This document shows, in pieces, positions 10,560 through 21,392 of a stretch of DNA of 33,362 nucleotides. The notes below the pieces were generated by a model. It was not told the DNA's origin. It saw nothing but the letters and a program-made list of their open reading frames with translations, and searched no databases. The stretch's first letter is position 1. Each line of letters opens with the position of its first letter. This DNA comes from Nemertoderma westbladi (lineage: Eukaryota; Animalia; Xenacoelomorpha): the NCBI GenBank assembly GCA_032718475.1, contig JAUCBJ010008481.1, forward strand, positions 1 through 33,362. The letters run 5' to 3'. A program made the translations under genes and the position numbers.

Positions 10560-13415
10560 TATATAATCTAATACTGAATATAATCATAATCTCTAATATA
10601 GTCCTATCGGTACATAATCAGATCTCGACTCCCAGACTCTCAGTCATATCTCCCAAAACCCATCTTCCATGGCCTACTCTGTATCATATCCTTACATATA
10701 TATATTATGGCCGGTTGTCCATGACTACGCTTTCCATGAGTTGGATCCCAGAGAAGTAGATCTGGTATGACCTCGTCTTTACTTCGCCAGCAGTGCCCAC
10801 TGAATCTTAATCTGCGTTCATGGAGGGTGGTTGATACAGGTGGTATTGTACCATAAAGCTCAGCGTTTGTCATGTGTTGTCTCCAACTGATGTTTAGGGC
10901 TGCCCTTAGTAGTCTTGTGTAGCAACCATCAATTCGTTGTTCAAGTGATTTAGTCAGTGTCCAGGTCTCACCCCCATATAAAAATACACTTTCCATTGTG
11001 GCTCGAAAGTACTTAGTGTTCAGGTGCCTGGAGAGATCTGATTTCCAGGTGGTATCCATTTCTGATAGAGCTACCCAAGCCTTTGCTTTCCTAACTTCTA
11101 TGTGCTTTTTGCTACTCTCTCTCTATCCATGATCCAAGGTACTGGAAGTCGTCGACCTTCCTTAGTTGATTATTATCAATGGTTATCAAGTTTCCATCAA
11201 CATTAAAGGTCATGAATTCGGTCTTGGTAGCATTTATATGAAATCCAACCTCCTTAGCAGCCCTCTCCACTTTATTTAGTAGAAGCTGTGCATCTGCTAG
11301 CGTATTAGAGAGAAGGGCAATGTCATCCGCAAAGTCGATGTCTGTGACTGTAGTTGCCGGATATCTACTACTTCTGCATTCTTGAAGTGTGAATCCCAGA
11401 TCTTCACCCTTTGTGGCCGTCCTCATTGCGTAATCCAGCACAATTACAAATAGTAATGGTGCTAATGTGTCACCTTGCAGTACGCCAGCCAGGATTGAGA
11501 ACAACTCAGTTTCACCATCTGGTGAGAGTACCTGCACTTCTGTGTCACAATATAACAATCCAATGCCAGCAACAATTACTTCTGGTATTCCATAAGCTCT
11601 TAGGATTTCAAGCATTTTACCTCTATGGATGGAGTGGAATGCCTTCTTGAAGTCCACAAAAGTCATGACTGCGGGGAGATTCTTTGACTTAATTCCTTCA
11701 ATCAGTCTCCATAGTGCAAGTATCTGAGCTATTGTTGATCTACTTGGTCGAAATCCGCTTTGGCTCTTACGCAGTAGTTTCTCTATGTGAGGCCTAATCC
11801 TATATAGAATCATTTTATTGTATATTTTGGCAGCTACCACAAGCAGACAGATCCCACGATAGTTTGTTGATATGCCGAGGTCTCCTTTCTTGGGGAGAGG
11901 CTTTAGTTGACCTTTAGTGCAAATTGGTGGTGGCTTTTCCCCTTTTAACATCCGGTTGCAAACATTCAATAATGGTCTGTTTAGCACTCCGGTTTTCCAT
12001 ACCTCCGCTGGGATTTCATATAATCCACTCGCCTTATTATTGGACATGCTTTTAATGCTTCTTTGGAGTTCGGCAGGTGTGAAGTCCCCTGTTTCTATAG
12101 GTAGTGTCTTGTCATATATTTTCCTTGTAGGGCTGACCTCGATGTTTGGTGGCTGCCCAAGCAAGTTGCTGAAGTGATTTTTCCACTTCCCAACACGTTC
12201 TTCAGGACTATCGGCTTTGAGGTGCCCCTTTGCACAACTTTTCCGACCAGATATCTCATTTACAGTTTGCCAGGTAAGTCTTGATTGTTGCTGTATGTGA
12301 GAAGTTGTAATTGCTTCAATTTTATCCTGTATGTACTTTTCCTGGCTGATGTTGTAGGCCCATTTAAGATCGTCCTTAGCATTCTCAACATTGTTAATGT
12401 TTTCGGTTGTTGGTTGTTCTGTTTTAACTTTGTAGGCTATCTTAAGATCTTCTCTCTTACAAGTAACCTCAGAGTTTTGCCATGGCACATACTGTTTTCG
12501 TTTGGGTTTCTGGGGGATATGCCTCTTAGCTGATTCCTTGTGGTCTGTTATTATATTCTGGTATATTGAATCGGTGGATTGGTCTTCATCCATTGACTGA
12601 AGTGCTTCAAAGCGGTTTTGAACTTCTACTGTGTAAGCATCCTTTATAGCAGTGTCAGTTCTGGGATTCTCCCAGTCATTGTTGATTTGCTTGCTTGTCC
12701 TGGGTTTGCTGGCTCTCATACTGAGTCTGATCTCTGCAGTTACAATTCTGTGGTCCGAACCAATTAGGTTGAACGAGCTGTATGCCTCGCAGTTGATAAT
12801 GCTGTTTCTCCACTTTATGTTTATAAGGATGTAATACAGTTGTGCTTTGGTTCCATTAGGGTATTGAAAGGTCCATAGCTTTCCCTTACTCTTTTCGAAT
12901 GTGTTGTTTGTTGGTATCAATTCACATTCTTCCATTAGGTCTAACAGTAAGTACCCATTTCTGTTAGAACTGGTGTTATAGGTGTAACCCTTGATGTCTT
13001 CTGGGCCAATTTGCCCAATTAGGTCACCAGCAATGACTTTAACATTGTGTTTCGGAATGTCCTTTATAAGTCCAGTCAGTTCTTCATAAAACTTGAATGC
13101 TTGCTCTGGCTCTGAGGCATTGGTTGGTCTGTAGCAACATATACCTGTTGCCTTGGGATTCCCATCAAATGTTGCAATCATGACCCTGAAATTTATATAT
13201 TCGATGTTGTTTAGGGTCTTAAGTGCAAATGGGCTTAGAAGAATTCCTACTCCACCAATTCAAGCATTGGCCGAGTTTCTTACTGCTGAGCTTGTTACTA
13301 ACGTCCATCCATTTCCAATGTCATTGTACTTCATGGCAGTGTCTTCATGACAAATCCGATGTTCTTGGATGCAGATGATGTCGATGTTATATTCCATTGC
13401 CAGAGCGACTATGTC
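10560..13415 (-). mobile_element. RTE-clade LINE (AP endonuclease plus RT), slightly 5'-truncated, with stops and frameshifts
   Basis: IDIICIQEHR, GGVGILLS, AGDL, GSDHRIV (APE); NYRGICLL, QSGFR, FVDFKKAF, GVLQGDTLAP, DFADDIALL, FQYLGS, ESVFLYGGETWTLTK, RRLRFSGHCWR. No TSD found. Confidence 0.92.
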
Positions 13416-13977
13416 ATCCTGTGTGGTATGTGCTTTGTGGTAGTAAAGGACACGAATATTATTACAGTAGCATAAATGATTCAAGATTTACTTTTATGTA
13501 ATTATTTTATGTACCGGTTCTGGAATACAACGAAATTGTTCGTAGCTTAAATTTATAACATTGATTATAAATTATGTAATAACAATAGTTTTAGTTTAAC
13601 GAGTGCAACCAATGATGGTAGACAATTAGTCTCCCCCTTCCCTTGTCAACGGGTTAGCACATTAAATATAACCTTGCCCTCTCGTGAACAAAGGCCATAA
13701 ATGGCAATGGAAAATAGATAAGAACAATCGACCTATTTCCTTGTATACTATTTTCGAACTGTAAACACTGTATTATACATTATTGCGCGCGCAACACATG
13801 AAGTGAAGAATAGAAGCGTATGCCACACAGCCACAGTATACAGGTATGCTGTAGGATACATTTCTGTTGAAAGCATTTGATGGTTGTATATTGAACATAC
13901 ATTATTGTCTTATTTTAGTACTGAACTGCTTGGAACACGTAGGCCTACTAATGATAAACGTCGTATAGGCATAGTTA

Positions 13978-14104
13978 TACGCAGCACCTACGCGTAGTTC
14001 GTGTAGGACCTACGCGTATCAACTCGTAGCACCTACGCGTAGTTAATGTTAATACTCCGAAACTGGTGATATCGGCCTAATGTATCGAACTACGCGTAGG
14101 CCTA
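13978..14104. repeat. Cluster of palindromic CTACGCGTA(G) motifs (4 copies, the last with inverted context)
   Basis: GCACCTACGCGTAGTT twice, ACCTACGCGTA once, then AACTACGCGTAGG. Confidence 0.65.
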
Positions 14105-15084
14105 AGTGTAGCTCGAAAAGATTTACCCTACATTTTTACTTCTACTGGTAGGCACTAATTTTTGGTTCCCCGGCTTTAGATCCTAGAGCACCTTAGATCC
14201 TGAACGAACTTAGATCTTGAATGAACATAGATCCTATCCATACGCATTTAGATCCTACCCATACGAACTTAGATCCTACCACCATAATAATAATACATTG
14301 CAACGAATTAGCTATTAATTGGCAAATTATAGTTTGTTGGTGAGTCACTGATCGCAACTACTAACAGTACTTTGAGTGTATGACTTATTTGCATTAGATC
14401 ATTATAAATACTTTTATATGCTTAATGTAACACAGTACAATACTGTATACTATAGTATCGATACGCAATAATTATTCTTGTCCGTTTAAATCGCTCATAA
14501 TGTCCTTTTTATTGGCTTTTGATGTCCGCCAGAAATCTACCGTTAGGTTCCATGCTACCGGTTTCTCTACTGCTGTTCTCTTAGGCTATCAGTACCGGTA
14601 TTAGTATATAGAGCAGTATTTTGCAATATTGCTGTATTGTATGTAGTTATAAAGCCTATGCCTTAGAAATAATATATAGCATTATACTACGTACTCAGCT
14701 ACTGTACTATAGATACGTTGTAAATGAGAGAATGATGGTAATTAATAAACTTATTTCAGAATTTTAGTACCGGCTGACTGCGCTACCTTTTAAATAATTA
14801 ATAAATTTTAGATAATTGATACATATCTGGATAATGCATTTAAAATGGATCATGACTACTGTAATGTTATGGGTAGCTGTAGTGGTACCTCTAAATCTAT
14901 AATGTAGTTCTAAACTAACAGATCAGTCCACATACAATGTGTTCGAAAAATCTACTTATTCCCCATTTGAAACACACTATGATATCGAAAATATCGGGCC
15001 GGTTTTAGCTAAAAAGCAAAGACGTTGTCGCAATAAAGGATATACTGGACAACTGTACATAATGTAAAATAATGCCGCAAGATA

Positions 15085-16012
15085 ATGTGCTCCTTTTCCT
15101 CATTTGGTAAAGTGTGGTTTCGTTTATTGTTTTGGTTAGAAAATTCCGTTACTGTAACCTGCTCCTCTCCCCAATTGCTAAATTGATCGTTTATTGTCTT
15201 GGTTAGAAACACCCGCTTCTGTAACCTGCTACTTTCCCTCAATTGGTAATTGTGATCATGTGTTATTGTTATGGTTAGAAACGCCCGCCTCTGTAACCTG
15301 CTCCTTTCCCCAATTGGTAAAGTGACCGTTTATTGTTTTAGTTAGAAAAGCCCGCCTCTGTAACCTGATCCTTTCCCCCAATACGTGAAGTTTATTATTT
15401 TGGCTAGAATAGCCCTTCTATGTAACCTGCTCCTTTTCCTCCAATAGGTAAACTGATTGTTTATTGTTTTGATTAGAATAGCCAGTGTAACCTGCTCCGT
15501 TCCCTCAATTGGTAAGGTGCTTGTTTTTTGTTTTGGTTAGAAAAGAGCTGAAGAGTGCCTCTGGAACCTGCTCCTTTTCCTCAATGGGTAAGGAGACTGT
15601 TTATTGTTTTGGTTAGAAAATCCCGCCTCTGTAACCTGCTCCTTTCCATCAATTAGTTAAGTGATCGTTTATAGTTTTGGTTAGAAAATCTCGCTTCTGT
15701 AATCTGCCCCTTTCCCTGAATTAGTTAAGTGATCGTTTATTGTTTTGATTAGAAGATCCTGCCTCTGTAACCTGCTCCTTTCCCTGATGTGGTAAAGTGA
15801 CCGTTTATTGTTTTGGTTAGAAAGCCCGCCTCTGTAACCTGCTCCTTTCCTTCATTTGGTAAAGGGACTGTTTATTATTGTTTTGGTTAGAAAATCCCGC
15901 ATCTGTATCCTGCTCCTTTCCCTCAATTAGTTAAATGATCGTCTATTGTTTTGGTTAGAAAATCCGGCCTCTCTAACCTTCTCCTTTCCATCAATTGGTA
16001 ATTGTTTTTGGC
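15085..16012. repeat. ~67-bp tandem satellite, about 14 diverged copies
   Basis: Recurrent GTTTATTGTTTTGGTTAGAAAATCCCGCCTCTGTAACCTGCTCCTTTCCCTCAATTGGTAAAGTGA. Confidence 0.93.
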
Positions 16013-16073
16013 TATAAAATGAGTGTTTTGCTACGTCATATTGTAACCGATTATCGACAACAACCTAAGTTCA

Positions 16074-17066
16074 TGTAAAAGCTTTTGCGGATATAACCAG
16101 TCATTTTCTCCGCAATGTACCATGTAGGTGCTTTTAGCGGACATAACATGCCATTTTTACCCGTTATGTCTGTATGCGTGCTTTAGCGGACATAACTAGC
16201 CATTTTTTCGCAATTCGTTTAATACTCTAAAGACTGTAATTCAGATGACGAAATCTGTCAGATGATTTAATGCCAGTGTGGAGCTTTTCTTTGTTCTTTG
16301 TTCGGCTCGCTCGACCAATCAGAGCGATTTTCACTTTGTGTTGGACAGTGCCTGCAGAAACTCACGCAATTCAGTCAGTGGGTATTTTTCTAAGCCCAGA
16401 ACACCGGCTTAGGATTCTTCTGTACTTCTGTGGAAGTTTCAGACTTTGACCTAAACCTCAGAAACATCAGATGGCTTTGATTAAAGGAACGTAAAACTAT
16501 TAACGCAGCACACTGCCACACCGCGGCACTACGCAACGCAATTCAACTACTGAATCATTGCTGAATCATACTTCATATCTGAATCGCCACACCGCGGCAC
16601 TATGCAACGCGATTCAACTACCGATCCTCCTTATATATGATCAAATTCAGTGACGGTCGGCAGATCAGTGCGCAGTAGTGTGAAGTAGTGTGAAGTAGTG
16701 TGAAGGTTAATAAAGCATCTCCTAAAGAATGCGCTTTTTACGAAACTCAGTAGCCATCCAGTTGTGATTAGTATAAGTCATAACTCTGTTTTATACTTAA
16801 AGCGCCACATCCTAAAGGAACTGTTAATATTTCCCCGAAAGTAAATATATTGTCAGAGATTATATATTTACGATCAATCGAATAATACAGTAGGTCTACA
16901 CTGCAATCACTATCAAAGCATCCGAATCCAGTCTCCCTTAACTGTGGGTGAATGGTCGCGCACAGGCTGGCTTCGGCTGATGTACCTTCAGTACATTAAA
17001 TAATTGATATACAAAAGACACCTAAAATTGGCAGGTTAAACTGCTAAAGGTCTAAAAGCGCGAACA
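16074..17066 (+). repeat. 5' LTR (993 bp)
   Basis: TGTAAAAGC...GCGCGAACA; internal repeats GCGGA[C/T]ATAAC x3, GCCACACCGCGGCACTA x2 and GTAGTGTGAA x3; TATA-like at ~16631 and AATAAA at 16709. Confidence 0.96.
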
Positions 17067-18530
17067 TTAATAGTTTTTTTCTTGATTGCACTGCACGTAG
17101 GCAATAAATTCGAATGTACCGGTCGGACGGTAACCTGTAGGCCTAACTACCTAACCACCGGAACCGGTACTTGCGGGTACCAGTATTAGTTCGATTGTGA
17201 TATATTGTATATTGTAGGCTGTTAGGGGATTAGGGATTGATCACCCCTTATTCCTTTGTATGGTTTACTTGTTTCTGTCAGTTTTATTTATCTGTAAGTA
17301 TAATATTGAGCAGAACTGCAGAAGGCGTGTAAGCCCGCTCAAATTGTACAGATAATTTGTAGGCTGGATTGTTGTCTGACTGTTGTTAAGTCTGAAGAGA
17401 TTGCAGTGTGTGTAGAGTGTATGTCCGATAAAGTGCTAGTTAGGAAGGTAGGGGCATCCAGTGTTGTAAGGTAAATCCCCCCCCCCCCCCCCCCCGAAAG
17501 AATAAGTCGTACTACTCGGTTAGAACGCATACTAACTAACCATTTCGGAGTCTGCATATACTGTAGTTTATTTAGGCTTGATAGTAGTCTGCCAGCGTTT
17601 GGTTTGTATTTTGTTTGTGTAGTCTGTACGGGTAGCGTAATATTTATTATTCAGAGTTTATGCGATTATTCGCAACATACACAACCCCAAGTTTATTCCT
17701 ACAGTAATTGTGCTTGTTATACATACCGTTATAGTTAAATTAACCCCGGTACTACATCAGGGCTGTTTGGCATAGGTAAAGACTGGTGATTTTATGCTCT
17801 AGTCACTCCAGCAGATACCGTGGTTCTTTTAGCTGTACAAGTATTTTTAACTGCTGGTTATTTGTTGTATAAGTACTTGTACCTAATTTAGGGTTTAGTG
17901 TACAGTGCTTTCCGAAGGTAATTAGTTTGTAGGCCGTATATTTGTGTTGTAAAGTGGTTAATAGGCACGTTAGCTATAGTTGGCTGCGGTAATTAACTTC
18001 TAGGTAGGGACATTCCGGGTACATAACGTAGTACTTATAGAGCTGTAAAGCTAGAGACTATAAGTCGTCAGACGGTGGTATTTTCTTATCTAGACAATGC
18101 AATATATTTACTACTGCTTTATTATTTTCAAATACCGTAGTTTCCTGTCCGTTTGTAATAACCAGAAATTCTAACCCTTGTTAGGCTGGTTTGTAGATTT
18201 CCTGTAAAATTACCCTAAAATTTGTACGTGTAATTTTTTGTGTTTATTTAGAGATTGTAATCTCACCCCGTAATTGTACGTAATTTGTAGTAATAAGTAA
18301 CTTAGAACTTAGAATTATTTGTTTTAGTGTCCAATAAGTAGCACTCCACTGAGAGCGTTCAGCTTCTGTGAAGTGACTCCTTACCTAGAAATAATAACAT
18401 TTATTTCAAATATTGTCAAAACCCATTATACGGGTATATATATATTATAAATCAACTATAAATTTATGCTGAAATTATATACCGGTATTCTGTAATTAAT
18501 TCTAGTCTATGATCATACTTATATATACTA

Positions 18531-20618
18531 CTAGAAAGCCTGTGGCCCTTCGGGCCACAGCTTTCTAGTGCACATGCAGATGATATATGAATATGTGTGG
18601 GAGATTTGAGAACTGCATACGGAACAGACACCATCATTAAATAAAACACCACCCCCATAAGAGATAACTGTCAAGTTTCAACTTTAGGCAGATTGTAAAT
18701 AACAAAATTTCCAGAAAATGATCACTTTCAGATCTACCCTCTACCTGCGGACTGGTGAAATGCAGACGGCGCTGCAGTTTGGTAAAGATGGGGTTTATGG
18801 TGAAGTAAAATGCCTGCCTTTCAAGTTTCAGCTTAAACAGAGTGTCAATAACAAAATTGATGTACTGTAGATGTTCACATTCAGACATTTCACCCTCTAG
18901 CGGTAGACTGAAGAACTGTGGACGACTTTGGGACTCCGTAAAGATACAGAATATGCTGTAGTAGATTCCTGCCAAGTTTCAGCTCAAAGGGATTAAAAAG
19001 AACCAAATGGGATGAGGTGTTCACTATCAGATATGTCGCCCTCTAGCGGCAGATGGGGGGACTGTATACAACTCTGTGACTCCGTAAAGGTACAGCCTAT
19101 GCTGTAGTAGATGCCTACCAAGTTTCAGTCTAAACCGATAGTAAATAACAAAGTTGGAGAAGATGTTAACTTTCAGACATTTCACCCTCTAGCGGTAGAC
19201 TGGGGAAGTTAATAGGATTCTGCAACCCCGTAAAGATACAGCCTATGATGTAGTAGATACCAACCAAGTTTCAGCTCAAAATGATTAAAAAGAACCAAAT
19301 GGGATGAGGTTTTCACTATCAGACAATTCGCCCTCTAGCGGCTGACTGTGGAACTGTAGACGACTCTACTACTCCGCAAAGATATAGCCTATGCTATAGT
19401 AGATGCCTACCAAGTTTCAGTCTAAAAGGATTGTAAATAACAAAGTTGGAGGAGATGTTAACTTTCATACATTTCGCCCTCTAGCGGCAGACACGGGTAA
19501 TGTAGACAACTCTGCGCGACTCAGTAAAGATATAGCCTATGCTGTAGTAGATGCCTACCAAGTTCAGTCTAAATGGATTATAAATAACAAAGTTGGAGAA
19601 GATGTTAACTCTCAGACATTTAGCCCTCTAACGGTAGACTGGGGAACTGTGGACAACTCAGTGACTCTGGAAATATACAGCCTATGCTGCAGTATATAGC
19701 TACCAAGTTTCAGCTCAAAAGCATTAAAAACAACCCAATGAGATCAGGTTTTCACTATCGGACAATTCGCCCTCTAGCGGCAAATGGGGGAACTTCAGAC
19801 GGCTCTGAGTATTACGTTGCAACGAGTTAGGGCGAGACCTATCTAACGAGCTATAGTAAGCGAGATTTCATCGAGATTAGATGTATAATATTAGATAAAA
19901 TAATAATACAGTAAGTATAGGCCTACAGAAATAATTATTTTACTTTTAATATTCATAACAGTAAAACAAAAATGTTATAAACCTCTCCTTCCATGCAGCC
20001 AATGATTGAGAAAGCAGAATTACTCTTGAGCAATTCGCAACAGACAACCCAAACCCACCCCAATCAACACTCCAGCCTGCTTGCTCCTTATCTGTGCCCA
20101 GCCAGCTAGCTGCGATTTCAATAATTACCTTAACGTTGCTATGATACAGAAAAAAATCCTTCCCTATTCACTACAGCACTAAGAATAGGCCAATTCGATC
20201 GTGCTTGGCGAATATGACATATTTATACACTATTTGATTTTCAATCAATAAATAATCATACATATTTATATTAAACACTCGAATAAAATAAATACTTTGT
20301 GAGAATGGGACACGGCGAATCTACTCATGTTAATTTTATACCAGATGGGATAAATGTTACCCCTCTAAATAATTAATTACCGATAGAAGAACCGAAATAA
20401 TTCGATACATTTCGCCCGAACGAACACAAAATACGCATTCACGCAAGCAAACGCGTAAAATTAGCCTCGAGATTGCGATAGTTTACGTGCTCAGGACGAG
20501 AGCTTTCGATCAATGTATCATTTGCTCAGATTGGTGCATGTGTGTCGGAGCGTATAGCTTGGACAGACTCACAGACTCATAGACTCACAGACAGACAGAG
20601 GATATTTATATATATAGA
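18531..20618 (-). mobile_element. Complete non-autonomous Helitron (2088 bp)
   Basis: Minus strand starts TCTATATATATAAATATCC followed by (TCTG)n-like microsatellite and ends with hairpin TGTGGCCC-GAA-GGGCCACA, 6 nt, CTAG, then T. Confidence 0.85.
18670..19810. repeat. 146-bp tandem array (about 8 units, largely alternating variants) inside the Helitron; most units carry C[G/A]CCCTCTAGCGG
   Basis: Motif starts at 18891, 19037, 19183, 19329, 19475, 19622 (variant) and 19768. Confidence 0.92.
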
Positions 20619-21242
20619 CTAGAAAGCCTGTGGCCCTTCGGGCCACAGCTTTCTAGTGCACGTGCAGATGATATATGAATATGTGTGGGAGATTTGAGAA
20701 CTGCATACGGAACAGACACCATCATTAAATAAAACACCACCCCCATACGAGATAACTGTCAAGTTTCAACTTTAGGCAGATTGTAAATAACAAAATTTCC
20801 AGAAAATGATCACTTTCAGATCCACCCTCTACCTGCGGACTGGTGAAATGCAGACGGCGCTGCAGTTTGGTAAAGATGGGGTTTATGGTGAAGTAAAATG
20901 CCTGCCTTTCAAGTTTCAGCTTAAACAGAGTATCAATAACAAAATTGATGTACTGTAGATGTTCACATTCAGACATTTCACCCTCTAGCGGTAGACTGAA
21001 GAACTGTGGACGACTCTGGGACTCCGTAAAGATACAGAATATGCTGTAGTAGATTCCTGCCAAGTTTCAGCTCAAAGGGATTAAAAAGAACCAAATGTGA
21101 TGAGGTGTTCACTATCAGATATGTCGCCCTCTAGCGGCAGATGGGGGGACTGTATACAACTCTGTGACTCCGTAAAGGTACAGCCTATGCTGTAGTAGAT
21201 GCCTACCAAGTTTCAGTCTAAACCGTTAGTAAATAACAAAGT
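20619..21242 (-). mobile_element. Second, 5'-truncated Helitron copy joined head-to-tail
   Basis: Matches 18531-19154 with about 7 substitutions counted by eye; minus-strand junction CTAG|TC at 20619/20618. Confidence 0.88.
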
Positions 21243-21392
21243 GTATACCGGTATTTTAATATATTATATATATATCGCGTTACATTGAGTAACGGTATTG
21301 GTAATTAATCACTAGGCTTATAGTTGATACTGAATTACTAGACTTACTTTAACTGTAGTTATAGTAGTAGGCATTCAACTGTACAATCAAAC

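Noticed and set aside
15085-16012. CRISPR-like spacing of repeats
   Set aside because: Whole units repeat with no unique spacers, no cas genes, and the context is eukaryotic.
17477-17494. Poly-C tract as a functional G-quadruplex
   Set aside because: Isolated homopolymer with no supporting context.
18637-21063. Duplicated 112-aa ORFs (18637-18975, 20725-21063) as a gene pair
   Set aside because: They lie in the duplicated Helitron repeat array and have no recognisable domain.
18531-21242. The 624-bp direct repeats as LTRs of a nested retroelement
   Set aside because: No TG..CA ends, TSD, PBS or PPT; TC/CTAG plus hairpin fit a Helitron.
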